From: Escherichia coli
GTDB lineage: Bacteria; Pseudomonadota; Gammaproteobacteria; Enterobacterales; Enterobacteriaceae
Direction: 5' to 3' (one strand)
Length of the DNA stretch: 64,000 nucleotides
Assembly (NCBI RefSeq): GCF_003334335.1
Contig: NZ_QOWQ01000007.1
Shown here: positions 20,035-33,769 of the stretch, in pieces
Layout: every line of letters begins with the position of its first letter
Position numbering within the stretch: the stretch's first letter is position 1
Notes under the pieces: model-generated
The model's input: the letters and a program-made list of their open reading frames with translations, nothing else
The model's database searches: none
What the model was told of the DNA's origin: nothing
Position numbers and translations under genes: made by a program

Positions 20035-20886
20035 TTAACCCGCATAAGCTGCCAGCATTTCCTGCGCCGCCAGTTTACCCAACGCATTCGCTGCGAAAGG
20101 ACTGTCGCCGGTGAGAACTTTACGGTCCTTATGTACTCGCCCGGCGATGTCGTCATTAATAATGTTCATGCCCATTTTCTTCAGCTCTTCGCCGAAGTAC
20201 CAGGTGAGATGACCCGGCATATAGCCTATCTCTGGCGTTTGTTTGTCTGCGGCGTCTGGGAATGCGCAAATGGAATAACCATTCAGTGGGTTATCGCCGT
20301 GGCGAAGCGCCAGAAAAGCCGCCGGGCCGTGGCAAAGGGAGATAACAAAACGGTCATTTTTGATTGCCCACTGTAAAGCAGCAGCCACGTCCTGGCTTTC
20401 TGGTAGACCAATAAGTGCGCCATGACCACCAGGAACAAAGATTGCTGCATATTCGCTATCAGCGTTGAGGCTGGCGACAACATCCGCGAGTTTCTTCGGA
20501 TTGCGGAACAACGATTTATGCTGCTCAAAGAATGGCATTACTTTTTCATCTTTGTGCGGCATAGCCCAGTATTCAAACTTGGTCATCAGACCGGAAATGG
20601 TCGCCACTTCGAATTCGAAACCTGCAGCATGGAGATGATACAACGGCAGCAACGTTTCAATCGGATGGTTACCGGTCGAGAACAGTTTTCCGTTATCGGT
20701 CGGCAAATAACGTTCGTCCGCGGCGATCACCAGAATTTTATGTTTACCGCGATACGGTTTTGGATAGTCCACGCCATCAAGATCAGAGACAGGACTGGTA
20801 TATTGGCTAAGCGAATATTCTGAAGGGAAGAATGCATTATCTTCAGCAATATCGACCTGCGGATTTTTACTTGTTTGAACAGTCAT
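20035..20886 (-). CDS. hchA: glyoxalase III / Hsp31 chaperone (DJ-1/PfpI family)
   Basis: 283-aa ORF recognised as HchA; synteny. Confidence 0.9.
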   Translation of the reverse strand: MTVQTSKNPQVDIAEDNAFFPSEYSLSQYTSPVSDLDGVDYPKPYRGKHKILVIAADERYLPTDNGKLFSTGNHPIETLLPLYHLHAAGFEFEVATISGLMTKFEYWAMPHKDEKVMPFFEQHKSLFRNPKKLADVVASLNADSEYAAIFVPGGHGALIGLPESQDVAAALQWAIKNDRFVISLCHGPAAFLALRHGDNPLNGYSICAFPDAADKQTPEIGYMPGHLTWYFGEELKKMGMNIINDDIAGRVHKDRKVLTGDSPFAANALGKLAAQEMLAAYAG

Positions 20887-21396
20887 AGTGTATTCCTTAT
20901 TGTTGCTTAGTTAGGGTAGTCACTATATTTGCGACTGAGCTGGTCGCTATTTTTAACCAGGCTGGAAAATTGAGTCAATATATCGAAAGCGGTAGTCGGC
21001 GGGTGTAAGTATGTAATGATGATGCTGCACTGGTGTTGAATATTATTCACGCCAAATTTTCCTTATTGAGCAACGTCGTCGCAAGTGGCCTCAATGATTT
21101 TAGACCATTATCAGAGGTACGGGGCGGCGGGGAGAGATTTAGTGATGTGGAATATTGTGGTGCTGATGAATATTTATATCCCGGATTGGTAGAGAAAAAG
21201 CTTATTTCATGCACTATTTTTGCAAATATTTCTATATGGGAGGCGGTTTTGTTGCAGATTAATTCATAAAGAAATGCATTTGGGTCTTGGCTGGAAGAGT
21301 CGCTGGTAGATGTTATTGTGCCAGCAGGGGCAGGGTAAGGTGCTGTATCGATATGCTTTGGCAATTGCGCGTGCCGCAGAGGGAGATAAAATGCCA

Positions 21397-21435
21397 ATAA
21401 AAAAGCCTGAGTTCGATGAGGGACGAACTCAGGCT
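21397..21435 (-). terminator. intrinsic terminator downstream of yedS
   Basis: agcctgagttcg...cgaactcaggct hairpin followed by T-run on the minus strand. Confidence 0.6.
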
Positions 21436-21477
21436 AGTGTTAAGTTTTACAGTAACACGCCGCGGCGCGTTGGCTGA

Positions 21478-22536
21478 TTAGAACTGGTAGACGATACCAA
21501 ATGCGAGTTGGTCGTCGGTGTTCAGTCCATGAGCGAGAACATAATCACTCTTATCAAGCAGGTTGATCTGATAAGCGGTATATACGTTCATGTTCTTATT
21601 GAAGTAATACCAGGTACCGATTTCAATGTAGTTCAGACGATCAGAATCTTTGTAACCTGCTACGTCCAGTGCTTTAGAATAGGAGTAACCGATGGATGGA
21701 CGCAGACCGAAGTCGAACTGATATTGCAGAACAGCTTCGAAGTTTTGTGTTTTGTTCACAACATCACCGTCGTCGGAATTCATGTTGTGAGATTCACCGT
21801 ACATCACAGCAGCATAGACGTTGTTGGCATCATATTTTGTTGACAGTGCCCAAACTTCTGCTTTTTCACCTTTACTATCACTAGACTGGAAATCAGTACG
21901 ATCAGAGTTTGCGTAAGCACCAGCAAATGAGAAACCGTCAATAGTGTAAGTTACAGATAAACCATGGCCATCGCCATTTGCTTTGTAGTTGCCTGTACCT
22001 TCATTTTTACCCTGATATTGCAGAGCAAAATTTAGACCTTCAACCATGCCAAAGAAATCTGTGTTACGATAGGTTGCAACACCGTTGGTACGGTTGGTCA
22101 TGAACAGGTCAGTACCAGCCCATGAATCACCGCCCCACTCAACAAACATATCAGTAAATGCTTCTGCATCATACGCGACACCGACATTACGACCATAGTC
22201 GAATGAACCAAAATCTTTGTAACTCAAACCAGCATAAGCCAAACGAGTTTGGTCAGGGTTGTCTCTGTTTGATGCTTCCAGGTCTAGTTCAAACTGACCG
22301 TAACCAGTCAATTCAGGGTTGATCTGAGTTTCACCTTTCACGCCTACACGGGCATAAGAGGTATCTTGAGAATTATCGCCTTTTTCACCATTTTCACGGT
22401 CGGTCAGAATGCGCTCACCAACCATCTTGCCGTACAAATCCAGTTTATTGCCATTTTTATTATAAATTTCAGCCGCATTTGCTGCGCCAGCAACTAATAA
22501 CGCCGGGACCAGCATTGCCAGAACTTTTCTTTTCAT
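21478..22536 (-). CDS. yedS: outer-membrane general porin (OmpC/OmpF family), intact
   Basis: ORF track 21478..22566; start trimmed to MKRKVLAMLVPALLVAGAANA signal peptide; porin N-terminus AEIYNKNGNKLDLYGK and C-terminal ...AFGIVYQF. Confidence 0.85.
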   Translation of the reverse strand: MKRKVLAMLVPALLVAGAANAAEIYNKNGNKLDLYGKMVGERILTDRENGEKGDNSQDTSYARVGVKGETQINPELTGYGQFELDLEASNRDNPDQTRLAYAGLSYKDFGSFDYGRNVGVAYDAEAFTDMFVEWGGDSWAGTDLFMTNRTNGVATYRNTDFFGMVEGLNFALQYQGKNEGTGNYKANGDGHGLSVTYTIDGFSFAGAYANSDRTDFQSSDSKGEKAEVWALSTKYDANNVYAAVMYGESHNMNSDDGDVVNKTQNFEAVLQYQFDFGLRPSIGYSYSKALDVAGYKDSDRLNYIEIGTWYYFNKNMNVYTAYQINLLDKSDYVLAHGLNTDDQLAFGIVYQF

Positions 22537-22845
22537 TATGTATTCCCTTGTGATTATAATCTTCATGAATATATCAATAAGTGCCGTTATCCAAAAAAAA
22601 GCACATTTGGATACTATTCTATGAAGTTCATTTTATTTTAAGGATTACATGTAACAAATGTATTTAAAAGATTTCAAAATGTTTCTAATCTATTTAATAT
22701 AATTCGGAATTATGAATTCTAAATATAAATATTCATGAAAATTATAAATGTATATCAATATGTTATGAGTTGAGCGGAAACATAGGGGGTATCAATGATT
22801 GTTGCGCCAAACGACTGGTGTGATCAGGCGCACATTAATGAAGGC

Positions 22846-22878
22846 ATAAAAAAAAGCCGGCATCATGCCGGCCCAAAA
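22846..22878. terminator. bidirectional hairpin terminator in yedS-yedR intergenic region
   Basis: aaaaaaaa-gccggcatcatgccggc-ccaaaaaa: perfect palindrome flanked by A-run and, on the other strand, T-run. Confidence 0.5.
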
Positions 22879-23102
22879 AATATAAACAAGACGATAAAAG
22901 GCTAATAACGGAAGCATCATGACACAGAATAATAAAAAGGTATAATTGTAATCAGTGCTAATATATTGATTAAATGAATTAATAAAGCCGATATCAAAGA
23001 TAAATAAAATCGCTCAAAACGATTTTTCCTGTATTCACTGCCGTTGCGCAAAATTTATCTATTTGTTCAAAAAATGATTGAGTCTTGACTGGCTCATCCA
23101 AT

Positions 23103-23468
23103 GTGGAAAAATGTGACTTTTATCACATAATAGTACTAAGTCTGAATTTTCCGGGTTATCTCAAAATGGAATACGGTTCGACAAAGATGGAAGAGAGACT
23201 CTCTCGCAGCCCTGGTGGCAAACTGGCTTTGTGGGCTTTTTATACATGGTGTGGCTATTTCGTCTGGGCAATGGCGCGTTACATCTGGGTGATGAGCCGG
23301 ATCCCCGATGCTCCCGTGTCGGGATTTGAAAGCGATTTAGGCTCTACCGCGGGAAAGTGGTTAGGGGCACTGGTCGGATTTTTATTTATGGCTCTGGTCG
23401 GGGCATTGTTAGGCAGCATTGCCTGGTACACCCGACCTCGTCCCGCACGTAGCAGACGCTATGAATAA
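23103..23468 (+). CDS. yedR: small inner-membrane protein
   Basis: ORF track 23085..23468; two predicted TM helices; GTG at 23103 would give 121 aa, exact start uncertain. Confidence 0.65.
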   Translation: MEKCDFYHIIVLSLNFPGYLKMEYGSTKMEERLSRSPGGKLALWAFYTWCGYFVWAMARYIWVMSRIPDAPVSGFESDLGSTAGKWLGALVGFLFMALVGALLGSIAWYTRPRPARSRRYE

Positions 23469-23507
23469 AAACTGCTAAGGTGGCGACTCTTTGGCAACGG
23501 AGCGCGT

Positions 23508-24203
23508 ATGGACTTACAACACTGGCAGGCACAGTTCGAAAACTGGTTGAAAAACCATCATCAGCACCAGGACGCGGCCCATGACGTGTGTCATTTTCGC
23601 CGCGTCTGGGCTACGGCACAGAAGCTGGCGGCAGATGACGACGTCGATATGCTGGTGATTTTAACCGCCTGTTATTTTCACGATATTGTGAGCCTGGCGA
23701 AAAATCATCCGCAAAGGCAGCGTTCTTCAATCCTGGCAGCAGAAGAGACGCGTCGCCTGCTCCGTGAAGAGTTCGTGCAATTTCCGGCGGAGAAAATTGA
23801 GGCCGTTTGTCATGCCATTGCCGCTCACAGTTTCAGCGCGCAAATCGCCCCCTTAACAACGGAAGCTAAAATCGTCCAGGATGCGGATCGGCTGGAAGCC
23901 CTGGGGGCGATTGGCCTGGCGCGCGTGTTTGCCGTTTCAGGGGCATTGGGCGTGGCGCTGTTTGATGGTGAAGATCCGTTCGCACAGCATCGCCCGCTTG
24001 ATGATAAACGCTACGCCCTGGATCATTTCCAGACTAAGTTGCTGAAGCTACCGCAAACCATGCAAACCGCAAGAGGCAAGCAGCTGGCGCAGCACAACGC
24101 GCATTTTTTAGTCGAGTTTATGGCGAAGCTCAGTGCCGAACTGGCGGGGGAGAATGAAGGTGTCGATCACAAGGTGATAGATGCGTTTTCACCCGCGGGA
24201 TAA
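23508..24203 (+). CDS. yedJ: HD-domain phosphohydrolase
   Basis: 231-aa ORF with HD motif (CYFHDIV). Confidence 0.85.
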   Translation: MDLQHWQAQFENWLKNHHQHQDAAHDVCHFRRVWATAQKLAADDDVDMLVILTACYFHDIVSLAKNHPQRQRSSILAAEETRRLLREEFVQFPAEKIEAVCHAIAAHSFSAQIAPLTTEAKIVQDADRLEALGAIGLARVFAVSGALGVALFDGEDPFAQHRPLDDKRYALDHFQTKLLKLPQTMQTARGKQLAQHNAHFLVEFMAKLSAELAGENEGVDHKVIDAFSPAG

Positions 24204-24269
24204 GCGCGTGGCCCTAAATGGCTGTAATTATGTTAACCTGTCGGCCATCTCAGATGGCCGGTTAAATCT

Positions 24270-25688
24270 ATGCAGGAAAATATATCAGTAACCGATTCAT
24301 ACAGCACCGGGAATGCCGCACAGGCAATGCTGGAGAAACTGCTGCAAATTTATGATGTTAAAACGCTGGTGGCGCAGCTTAATGGTGTGGGTGAGAATCA
24401 CTGGAGCGCGGCAATTTTAAAACGTGCGCTGGCGAATGACTCGGCATGGCACCGTTTAAGTGAGAAAGAGTTCGCCCATCTGCAAACGTTGTTACCCAAA
24501 CCACCGGCACATCATCCGCATTATGCGTTTCGCTTTATCGATCTATTTGCCGGAATTGGCGGCATCCGTCGCGGTTTTGAATCGATTGGCGGACAGTGCG
24601 TGTTTACCAGCGAATGGAACAAACATGCGGTACGCACTTATAAAGCCAACCATTATTGCGATCCGGCGACGCATCATTTTAATGAAGATATCCGCGACAT
24701 CACCCTCAGCCATAAAGAAGGCGTGAGTGATGAGGCGGCGGCGGAACATATTCGTCAACACATTCCTGAACACGATGTTTTACTGGCCGGTTTCCCTTGT
24801 CAGCCATTTTCGCTGGCTGGCGTATCGAAAAAGAACTCGCTCGGGCGGGCGCACGGTTTTGCCTGCGATACCCAGGGCACGCTGTTTTTTGATGTGGTAC
24901 GCATTATCGACGCGCGTCGTCCGGCGGTGTTTGTGCTCGAAAACGTCAAAAACCTGAAAAGTCACGACCAGGGTAAAACGTTCCGCATCATCATGCAGAC
25001 GCTGGACGAACTGGGCTATGACGTGGCTGATGCAGAAGATAATGGGCCAGACGATCCGAAAATCATCGACGGCAAACATTTTCTGCCGCAGCACCGTGAA
25101 CGCATCGTGCTGGTGGGTTTTCGTCGCGATCTGAATCTGAAAGTCGATTTTACCCTGCGTGATATCAGCGAATGTTTCCCTGCGCAGCGAGTGACGCTGG
25201 CGCAGCTGTTGGACCCGATGGTCGAGGCGAAATATATCCTGACGCCGGTGCTGTGGAAGTACCTCTATCGATATGCGAAAAAACATCAGGCGCGCGGTAA
25301 CGGCTTCGGTTATGGAATGGTTTATCCGAACAATCCGCAAAGCGTCACGCGTACGCTGTCTGCGCGTTATTACAAAGATGGCGCGGAAATTTTAATCGAT
25401 CGCGGCTGGGATATGGCCAAAGGTGAGAAAGACTTTGACGATCCGCAGAATCAGCAACATCGTCCACGTCGGTTAACGCCTCGGGAATGCGCGCGCTTAA
25501 TGGGTTTTGAAGCGCCGGGAGAAGCGAAATTCCGCATTCCGGTTTCGGACACTCAGGCCTATCGCCAGTTCGGTAACTCGGTGGTCGTGCCGGTCTTTGC
25601 CGCGGTGGCAAAACTGCTTGAGCCAAAAATCAAACAGGCGGTGGCGTTGCGTCAGCAAGAGGCACAACATGGCCGACGTTCACGATAA
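24270..25688 (+). CDS. dcm: DNA-cytosine C5 methyltransferase (CCWGG)
   Basis: 472-aa ORF with motif I FAGIGG and PCQ catalytic motif (GFPCQPFS). Confidence 0.95.
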   Translation: MQENISVTDSYSTGNAAQAMLEKLLQIYDVKTLVAQLNGVGENHWSAAILKRALANDSAWHRLSEKEFAHLQTLLPKPPAHHPHYAFRFIDLFAGIGGIRRGFESIGGQCVFTSEWNKHAVRTYKANHYCDPATHHFNEDIRDITLSHKEGVSDEAAAEHIRQHIPEHDVLLAGFPCQPFSLAGVSKKNSLGRAHGFACDTQGTLFFDVVRIIDARRPAVFVLENVKNLKSHDQGKTFRIIMQTLDELGYDVADAEDNGPDDPKIIDGKHFLPQHRERIVLVGFRRDLNLKVDFTLRDISECFPAQRVTLAQLLDPMVEAKYILTPVLWKYLYRYAKKHQARGNGFGYGMVYPNNPQSVTRTLSARYYKDGAEILIDRGWDMAKGEKDFDDPQNQQHRPRRLTPRECARLMGFEAPGEAKFRIPVSDTQAYRQFGNSVVVPVFAAVAKLLEPKIKQAVALRQQEAQHGRRSR

Positions 25689-26139
25689 GGCCACTCGCAG
25701 CAAAAATATGCGCGCGATTGCCACGCGTGATACGGCGATAGAGAAGCGCCTCGCCAGTCTGTTAACCGGGCAGGGCCTGGCATTTCGCGTTCAGGACGCC
25801 AGTCTGCCCGGACGTCCGGATTTTGTCGTTGATGAATATCGTTGCGTGATATTTACCCATGGCTGCTTCTGGCATCATCATCACTGCTATCTGTTTAAAG
25901 TGCCTGCGACTCGAACCGAGTTCTGGCTGGAGAAGATAGGTAAAAATGTTGAACGCGATCGCCGCGATATCAGTCGTTTGCAGGAACTCGGCTGGCGCGT
26001 ACTGATTGTCTGGGAGTGTGCATTACGTGGGCGCGAGAAGCTGACGGATGAAGCGCTTACCGAGCGTCTGGAAGAGTGGATCTGCAGCGAAGGTGCCAGC
26101 GCGCAGATCGACACGCAGGGGATTCATTTACTCGCTTGA
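25669..26139 (+). CDS. vsr: very-short-patch repair endonuclease
   Basis: ATG at 25669 inside ORF 25507..26139 gives 156 aa ([17 protein letters not shown]...); overlaps dcm 3' end by 20 nt. Confidence 0.9.
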   Translation: MADVHDKATRSKNMRAIATRDTAIEKRLASLLTGQGLAFRVQDASLPGRPDFVVDEYRCVIFTHGCFWHHHHCYLFKVPATRTEFWLEKIGKNVERDRRDISRLQELGWRVLIVWECALRGREKLTDEALTERLEEWICSEGASAQIDTQGIHLLA

Positions 26140-27048
26140 TGCGTCCTGAATAACTGGCGCAACTACGGGTTTTGCCGGGAAGAGATATTTTCCCAACGTG
26201 ACCAGTACCACCGCGAAGACAATTACGCCGAGCGCCAGCCATTCAATCTTCGACAGCGTCTCTCCGCCCAGTCCCGTACCCAGCAAGACCGCGACCACCG
26301 GGTTAACGTAGGCGTAGCTGGTGGCGAGAGCCGGACTGACATTACGGATTAAATACATATAAGCGTTGATGGCGATAATCGAACCAAACAGCGCCAGATA
26401 GCCGACCGCAAGGAAGCCTGAAAGGGAAGGGAGCGCCGTCAGTTTTTCACCTGCAATCATCGACGCGATCATTAACACCACGCCTGCCGCCAGCATCTCA
26501 ATCGCACCCGCCATCATCCCTACAGGTAAGGTAATGCGCGAGCCATAAACCGAGCCAAACGCCCAGCTAATCGAGCCGATTAAAATCAGAATCGCGCCCC
26601 ACGGATTGCCGCTTAAATTTCCACCGCTATTGAGCATGATGATTCCGGCAAGCCCAATGGCGATACCCACCCATTCCAGTTTGCGCGTTTTAATGCCAAA
26701 CAGGCGGCTGAAGCACAGGGTAAAGAGGGGCACGGTTGCAACCACAACGGCGGCGATGCCGGAAGGAACATTTTGATGCTCGGCAACCGTCACCATGCCA
26801 TTACCGACAGCCAGCAATAACAGGCCAATCAGCGCGGCATTGAGCAGCGGACGTAGCGGGGGGAGCTTGTGTCCGCGCAGTAGCAAAAATGCCATCAATA
26901 AAATACCGGCTGCCAGGAATCGAACGCCTGCCATCATTAACGGAGGCCAGCTTTCCACGCCAATCCGAATGACAAAATAGGTTGAGCCCCAAATGATATA
27001 CAACGCAAACAGCGCGCCAAAAAGCGGTAACAACTGGCGGAAACGCAT
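26128..27048 (-). CDS. yedA: EamA/DMT-family transporter
   Basis: 306-aa ORF with 10 predicted TM segments. Confidence 0.85.
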   Translation of the reverse strand: MRFRQLLPLFGALFALYIIWGSTYFVIRIGVESWPPLMMAGVRFLAAGILLMAFLLLRGHKLPPLRPLLNAALIGLLLLAVGNGMVTVAEHQNVPSGIAAVVVATVPLFTLCFSRLFGIKTRKLEWVGIAIGLAGIIMLNSGGNLSGNPWGAILILIGSISWAFGSVYGSRITLPVGMMAGAIEMLAAGVVLMIASMIAGEKLTALPSLSGFLAVGYLALFGSIIAINAYMYLIRNVSPALATSYAYVNPVVAVLLGTGLGGETLSKIEWLALGVIVFAVVLVTLGKYLFPAKPVVAPVIQDASSE

Positions 27049-27220
27049 AATCCCTCACGGTGGAAATAAAAAGGTGGTTCATAGTAAACGTGAAAATCAT
27101 TCTGCTGGCGAGAGATATAATTGCACTTGATTGTTAAAAAAATGTTGACCTGTGAAGCAAGTATCAGAGCTGCCGTTTTTGCTTCATACTTACACCCTTC
27201 AACAATAAAAATGAGAGGGA

Positions 27221-28138
27221 ATGCTTTTGGCCGGGAGTAGTTTACTGACGTTGCTCGATGATATCGCCACACTACTGGACGATATCTCCGTGATGGGCAA
27301 ACTGGCGGCGAAGAAAACCGCCGGTGTATTAGGGGATGACTTATCGCTCAATGCGCAACAAGTTTCAGGCGTGCGGGCCAACCGGGAACTTCCCGTGGTC
27401 TGGGGCGTGGCGAAAGGATCGCTGATTAATAAAGTGATTCTGGTGCCGCTGGCGCTGATCATCAGTGCGTTTATCCCGTGGGCGATTACGCCTCTGTTGA
27501 TGATTGGTGGCGCGTTTCTCTGCTTTGAAGGAGTAGAGAAAGTGCTGCATATGCTGGAGGCGCGTAAACATAAAGAAGATCCGGCGCAGAGCCAGCAGCG
27601 TCTGGAGAAGCTGGCGGCGCAGGATCCGCTGAAGTTTGAAAAGGACAAAATAAAAGGGGCGATTCGTACCGATTTTATATTGTCTGCCGAAATCGTCGCC
27701 ATCACGCTGGGGATTGTGGCCGAAGCGCCGTTGCTTAATCAGGTGCTGGTGCTTTCAGGCATCGCGCTGGTAGTGACCGTGGGCGTCTACGGTCTGGTAG
27801 GGGTTATCGTTAAGATTGATGACCTGGGGTATTGGCTGGCGGAAAAATCCAGCGCGCTGATGCAGGCATTAGGTAAAGGGTTATTGATCATTGCGCCCTG
27901 GTTGATGAAGGCGTTATCGATTGTCGGCACGCTGGCGATGTTCCTCGTCGGCGGTGGGATTGTGGTACATGGAATTGCGCCGCTGCATCACGCCATTGAA
28001 CATTTCGCCGGGCAGCAAAGTGCAGTGGTGGCGATGATATTACCGACTGTTTTAAATCTGATTCTTGGATTTATCATCGGCGGCATCGTGGTGCTGGGAG
28101 TGAAAGCCGTAGCGAAAATACGCGGTCAGGCACATTAA
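27221..28138 (+). CDS. yedI: DUF808 inner-membrane protein
   Basis: 305-aa ORF; synteny. Confidence 0.8.
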   Translation: MLLAGSSLLTLLDDIATLLDDISVMGKLAAKKTAGVLGDDLSLNAQQVSGVRANRELPVVWGVAKGSLINKVILVPLALIISAFIPWAITPLLMIGGAFLCFEGVEKVLHMLEARKHKEDPAQSQQRLEKLAAQDPLKFEKDKIKGAIRTDFILSAEIVAITLGIVAEAPLLNQVLVLSGIALVVTVGVYGLVGVIVKIDDLGYWLAEKSSALMQALGKGLLIIAPWLMKALSIVGTLAMFLVGGGIVVHGIAPLHHAIEHFAGQQSAVVAMILPTVLNLILGFIIGGIVVLGVKAVAKIRGQAH

Positions 28139-28216
28139 TACTCGCACAGGCTATTATGCAAAATTCGCCATCTTCAACTAAGGTGAACAAGTTTCACTCG
28201 AAAAAAGGAGGCGAGT

Positions 28217-28399
28217 ATGAGCTTTATGGTTAGTGAGGAAGTTACGGTTAAAGAGGGCGGCCCGCGGATGATTGTCACCGGATACTCCAGCGGTATGGTT
28301 GAGTGTCGTTGGTATGACGGTTACGGGGTCAAGCGGGAAGCTTTTCATGAAACCGAGCTTGTTCCGGGGGAGGGGAGTCGTTCTGCGGAAGAAGTTTGA
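28217..28399 (+). CDS. yodC: small protein YodC
   Basis: 60-aa ORF with AAGGAGG Shine-Dalgarno 7 nt upstream. Confidence 0.75.
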   Translation: MSFMVSEEVTVKEGGPRMIVTGYSSGMVECRWYDGYGVKREAFHETELVPGEGSRSAEEV

Positions 28400-28420
28400 A
28401 AGGGTATCATTAACACCCGA

Positions 28421-28600
28421 CCGGATGTGGCGCACACGTCGCATCCGGTCGGGTGTGCCAGTGTCTGCACTGAATTGCCTGATGCGACGCTATCGCGTCT
28501 TATCATGCCTACGTTATAAAACTATCGATGTCTGTCGCGTCTTATCATGCCACCATTATAAAATTATCGCTGTTTTGCGGTACGCTATCGCCAGGTTATG
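28421..28600. repeat. palindromic hairpin plus degenerate REP-like direct repeats
   Basis: cccgaccggatg...catccggtcggg palindrome, then two copies of gcgtcttatcatgcc(N)ttataaaa(c/t)tatcg. Confidence 0.6.
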
Positions 28601-28636
28601 CCAGAATCATAAAAAAGCAGGTTGGGAGTCGTCAGG

Positions 28637-31161
<2,525 letters not shown>

Positions 31162-31340
31162 TTACCAGGATGATTCTCAAAACAGCACAAATAATCAAAG
31201 ATGATTTTTTCGGGAGCGATCCCGTTGACGCCAGAGCCACCAAGGGGTGACGCACGTCACATTTCTATTCATAAGTAGCGTTAATCATTCATATCGCGAA
31301 TATTTTCTTGTCAGCGAAAAAAATTGCGGATAAGGTGATG

Positions 31341-31427
31341 AACACATCAGATTTCCTGGTGTAACGAATTTTTTAAGTGCTTCTTGCTTAAGCAAGTTTC
31401 ATCCCGACCCCCTCAGGGTCGGGATTT
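31341..31427 (+). ncRNA. dsrA: DsrA small regulatory RNA (Hfq-dependent; rpoS activator / hns repressor)
   Basis: Matches the DsrA sequence AACACATCAGATTTCCTGGTGTAACGAATTTTTTAAGTGCTTCTTGCTTAAGCAAGTTTCATCCCGACCCCCTCAGGGTCGGGATTT incl. terminator hairpin and U-tract. Confidence 0.95.
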
Positions 31428-31440
31428 TTTTATTGTGCAT

Positions 31441-31668
31441 TCAACGATTCACTTCAGAGACGCTGAAGTCATGAATATCCAGTTCGAAGGCATCCGCCAA
31501 TTCACGCCATGTATGATATTCACGTCCATCGACGCTAACGTGTTCAGAATCGTTCTGGCTGCGATGAACTTCGCTTTCGCTAATTTCATTGATCGCCGCC
31601 AGCAGGGCATCGACATCGACGCTGACCTCACGTTTTGCGGTATCGCTGTACTCTTTTGCGGTTTTCAT
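31441..31668 (-). CDS. yodD: small stress-induced protein YodD
   Basis: ORF track 31441..31683; start trimmed to MKTAKEYSDTAKREV (75 aa). Confidence 0.8.
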   Translation of the reverse strand: MKTAKEYSDTAKREVSVDVDALLAAINEISESEVHRSQNDSEHVSVDGREYHTWRELADAFELDIHDFSVSEVNR

Positions 31669-31740
31669 CATCTTTCCTCGCAACCGTTACTCTGTTGTTG
31701 CCGCCAGTCGTTAAGTCCGCCTGGCATCTCTTAAGTATAG

Positions 31741-32019
<279 letters not shown>

Positions 32020-32062
32020 TCTTATTCAGCCTGACTGGTGGGAAACCACCAGTCAGAATGTG

Positions 32063-32686
32063 TTAGCGCATGTTGACAAAAATACCATTAGTCACATTAT
32101 CCGTCAGTCGGACGACATGGTAGATAACCTGTTTATTATGCGTTTTGATCTTACGTTTAATATTACCTTTATGCGATGAAACGGTCTTGGCTTTGATATT
32201 CATTTGGTCAGAGATTTGAATCGTTCCCTGACCTGCCATCCACATTCGCAACATACTCGATTCGGTTCGGCTCAATGATAACGTCGGCATATTTAAAAAA
32301 GAGGTTATCGTTGTCTCTTTTTTCAGAATATCGCCAAGGATATCGTCGAGAGATTCCGGTTTAATCGATTTAGAACTTATCAATAAATTTTTTCTGACCA
32401 ATAGATATTCATCAAAATGAACATTGGCAATTGCCATAAAAACGATAAATAACGTATTGGGATGTTGATTAATGATGTGCTTGATGTGCTGACTGTTAGA
32501 AGCATCATGGATGAAACAGTCCTCATTAATAAACACCACTGAAGGGCGCTGTGAATCACAAGCTATGGCAAGGTCATCAACGGTTTCAATGTCGTTGATT
32601 TCTCTTTTTTTAACCCCTCTACTCAACAGATACCCGGTTAAACCTAGTCGGGTGTAACTACATAAATCCATAATAATCGTTGACAT
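32063..32686 (-). CDS. rcsA: LuxR-family transcriptional co-regulator of capsule synthesis
   Basis: 207-aa ORF with C-terminal LuxR-type HTH; AT-rich gene. Confidence 0.9.
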
Positions 32687-32936
32687 GGCATACCCTCACT
32701 CAATGCGTAACGATAATTCCCCTTACCTGAATATTTCATCATGACTAAACGGAACAACATGGGTCACCTAATGCGCCACTCTCGCGATTTTTCAGGCGGA
32801 CTTACTATCCCGTAAAGTGTTGTATAATTTGCCTGGAATTGTCTTAAAGTAAAGTAAATGTTGCGATATGTGAGTGAGCTTAAAACAAATATTTCGCCGC
32901 AGGAGTATCCTGGAAGATGTTCGTAGGTATTATTTT

Positions 32937-32950
32937 TCGGATAATCCTTA
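32937..32950 (-). promoter_or_regulatory. candidate RcsAB box upstream of rcsA
   Basis: Minus-strand TAAGGATTATCCGA resembles RcsAB-box consensus TaAGaatatTCctA; position relative to the promoter not verified. Confidence 0.35.
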
Positions 32951-32975
32951 GGATAACATGATAAACGTTACGGAA

Positions 32976-33761
32976 TTATATTAATGGCAATTCACTAATA
33001 ATATCAGCCAGCAAATTAAACATCTCACTGAATAAATGTTCGCAAAAAGGTGCAATTAACGGCATTAATGCCGCCATTAAAGAGATACCGACAGTCAGAG
33101 TTAATGGAAATCCAATAACAAAAATGGATAATTGCGGGGCCATACGATTAAGTAAACCTAATGCCAGATTCAGTGTCAGCAGCAGAGTAATGAGCGGTAA
33201 CGCCAGCATTAGCCCGTTAAGGAAAATCAAACTCCCTGCTTTGGTGAGTGCCAGAAACGCATTGCTGTTCAACGGTTCGCCACCAATTGGCAGGGTGTGA
33301 AAGGTATCGACCAGCAGTGAAATCAACCATAAATGACCGTTAAATGTCAGGAACAGCAATAACGCCAGCATATCCATGATACGGGCTAGAACGGGCATAT
33401 TGAGATGGCTGGCCGGATCGACAAACGTCGCAAATGACAGCCCCATTTGCAGACCGATAATTTCGCCAGCGGTTCGCACAGCGGCAAAGGCAAATTGCAT
33501 GGTGAAACCAAGCGCAATGCCGATCAGGATCTGCTGCACGGCCAGCCACAGAGCAAAGAACGAAAAAACAGGAACATCGTTGGCAGGTAATGATGGGGCA
33601 ATAGCGAACGTGATCATCATTGCCAGACCCAGTTTTACCCGTTTCGGCACGCTGCGTTCGCTCAGAATTGGCGCGGTAGAAATGAGCGCCAGCACGCGCA
33701 GTAACGGCCAGAAGTACAGACTTAGCCAGGAAAGCCATTGATCGCTTGTCACCTGCATCAT
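32976..33761 (-). CDS. fliR: flagellar export apparatus protein FliR
   Basis: 261-aa multi-TM ORF at end of fliLMNOPQR operon. Confidence 0.95.
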   Translation of the reverse strand: MMQVTSDQWLSWLSLYFWPLLRVLALISTAPILSERSVPKRVKLGLAMMITFAIAPSLPANDVPVFSFFALWLAVQQILIGIALGFTMQFAFAAVRTAGEIIGLQMGLSFATFVDPASHLNMPVLARIMDMLALLLFLTFNGHLWLISLLVDTFHTLPIGGEPLNSNAFLALTKAGSLIFLNGLMLALPLITLLLTLNLALGLLNRMAPQLSIFVIGFPLTLTVGISLMAALMPLIAPFCEHLFSEMFNLLADIISELPLI

Positions 33762-33769
33762 TGTACGGG

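Noticed and set aside
21033-21397. 78-aa and 116-aa ORFs in the hchA-yedS spacer
   Set aside because: No Shine-Dalgarno, Ser/Pro-rich low-complexity products, and the region contains the yedS terminator; more likely non-coding promoter and terminator DNA.
24780-25340. 186-aa minus-strand ORF inside dcm
   Set aside because: Antisense to a recognised methyltransferase gene; Arg/His-rich composition; no independent start signals.
26801-27705. Overlapping minus-strand ORFs (99-168 aa) across the yedA-yedI promoter region and yedI 5' end
   Set aside because: They overlap recognised genes on the other strand and have Ser/Cys/Arg-rich low-complexity sequence.
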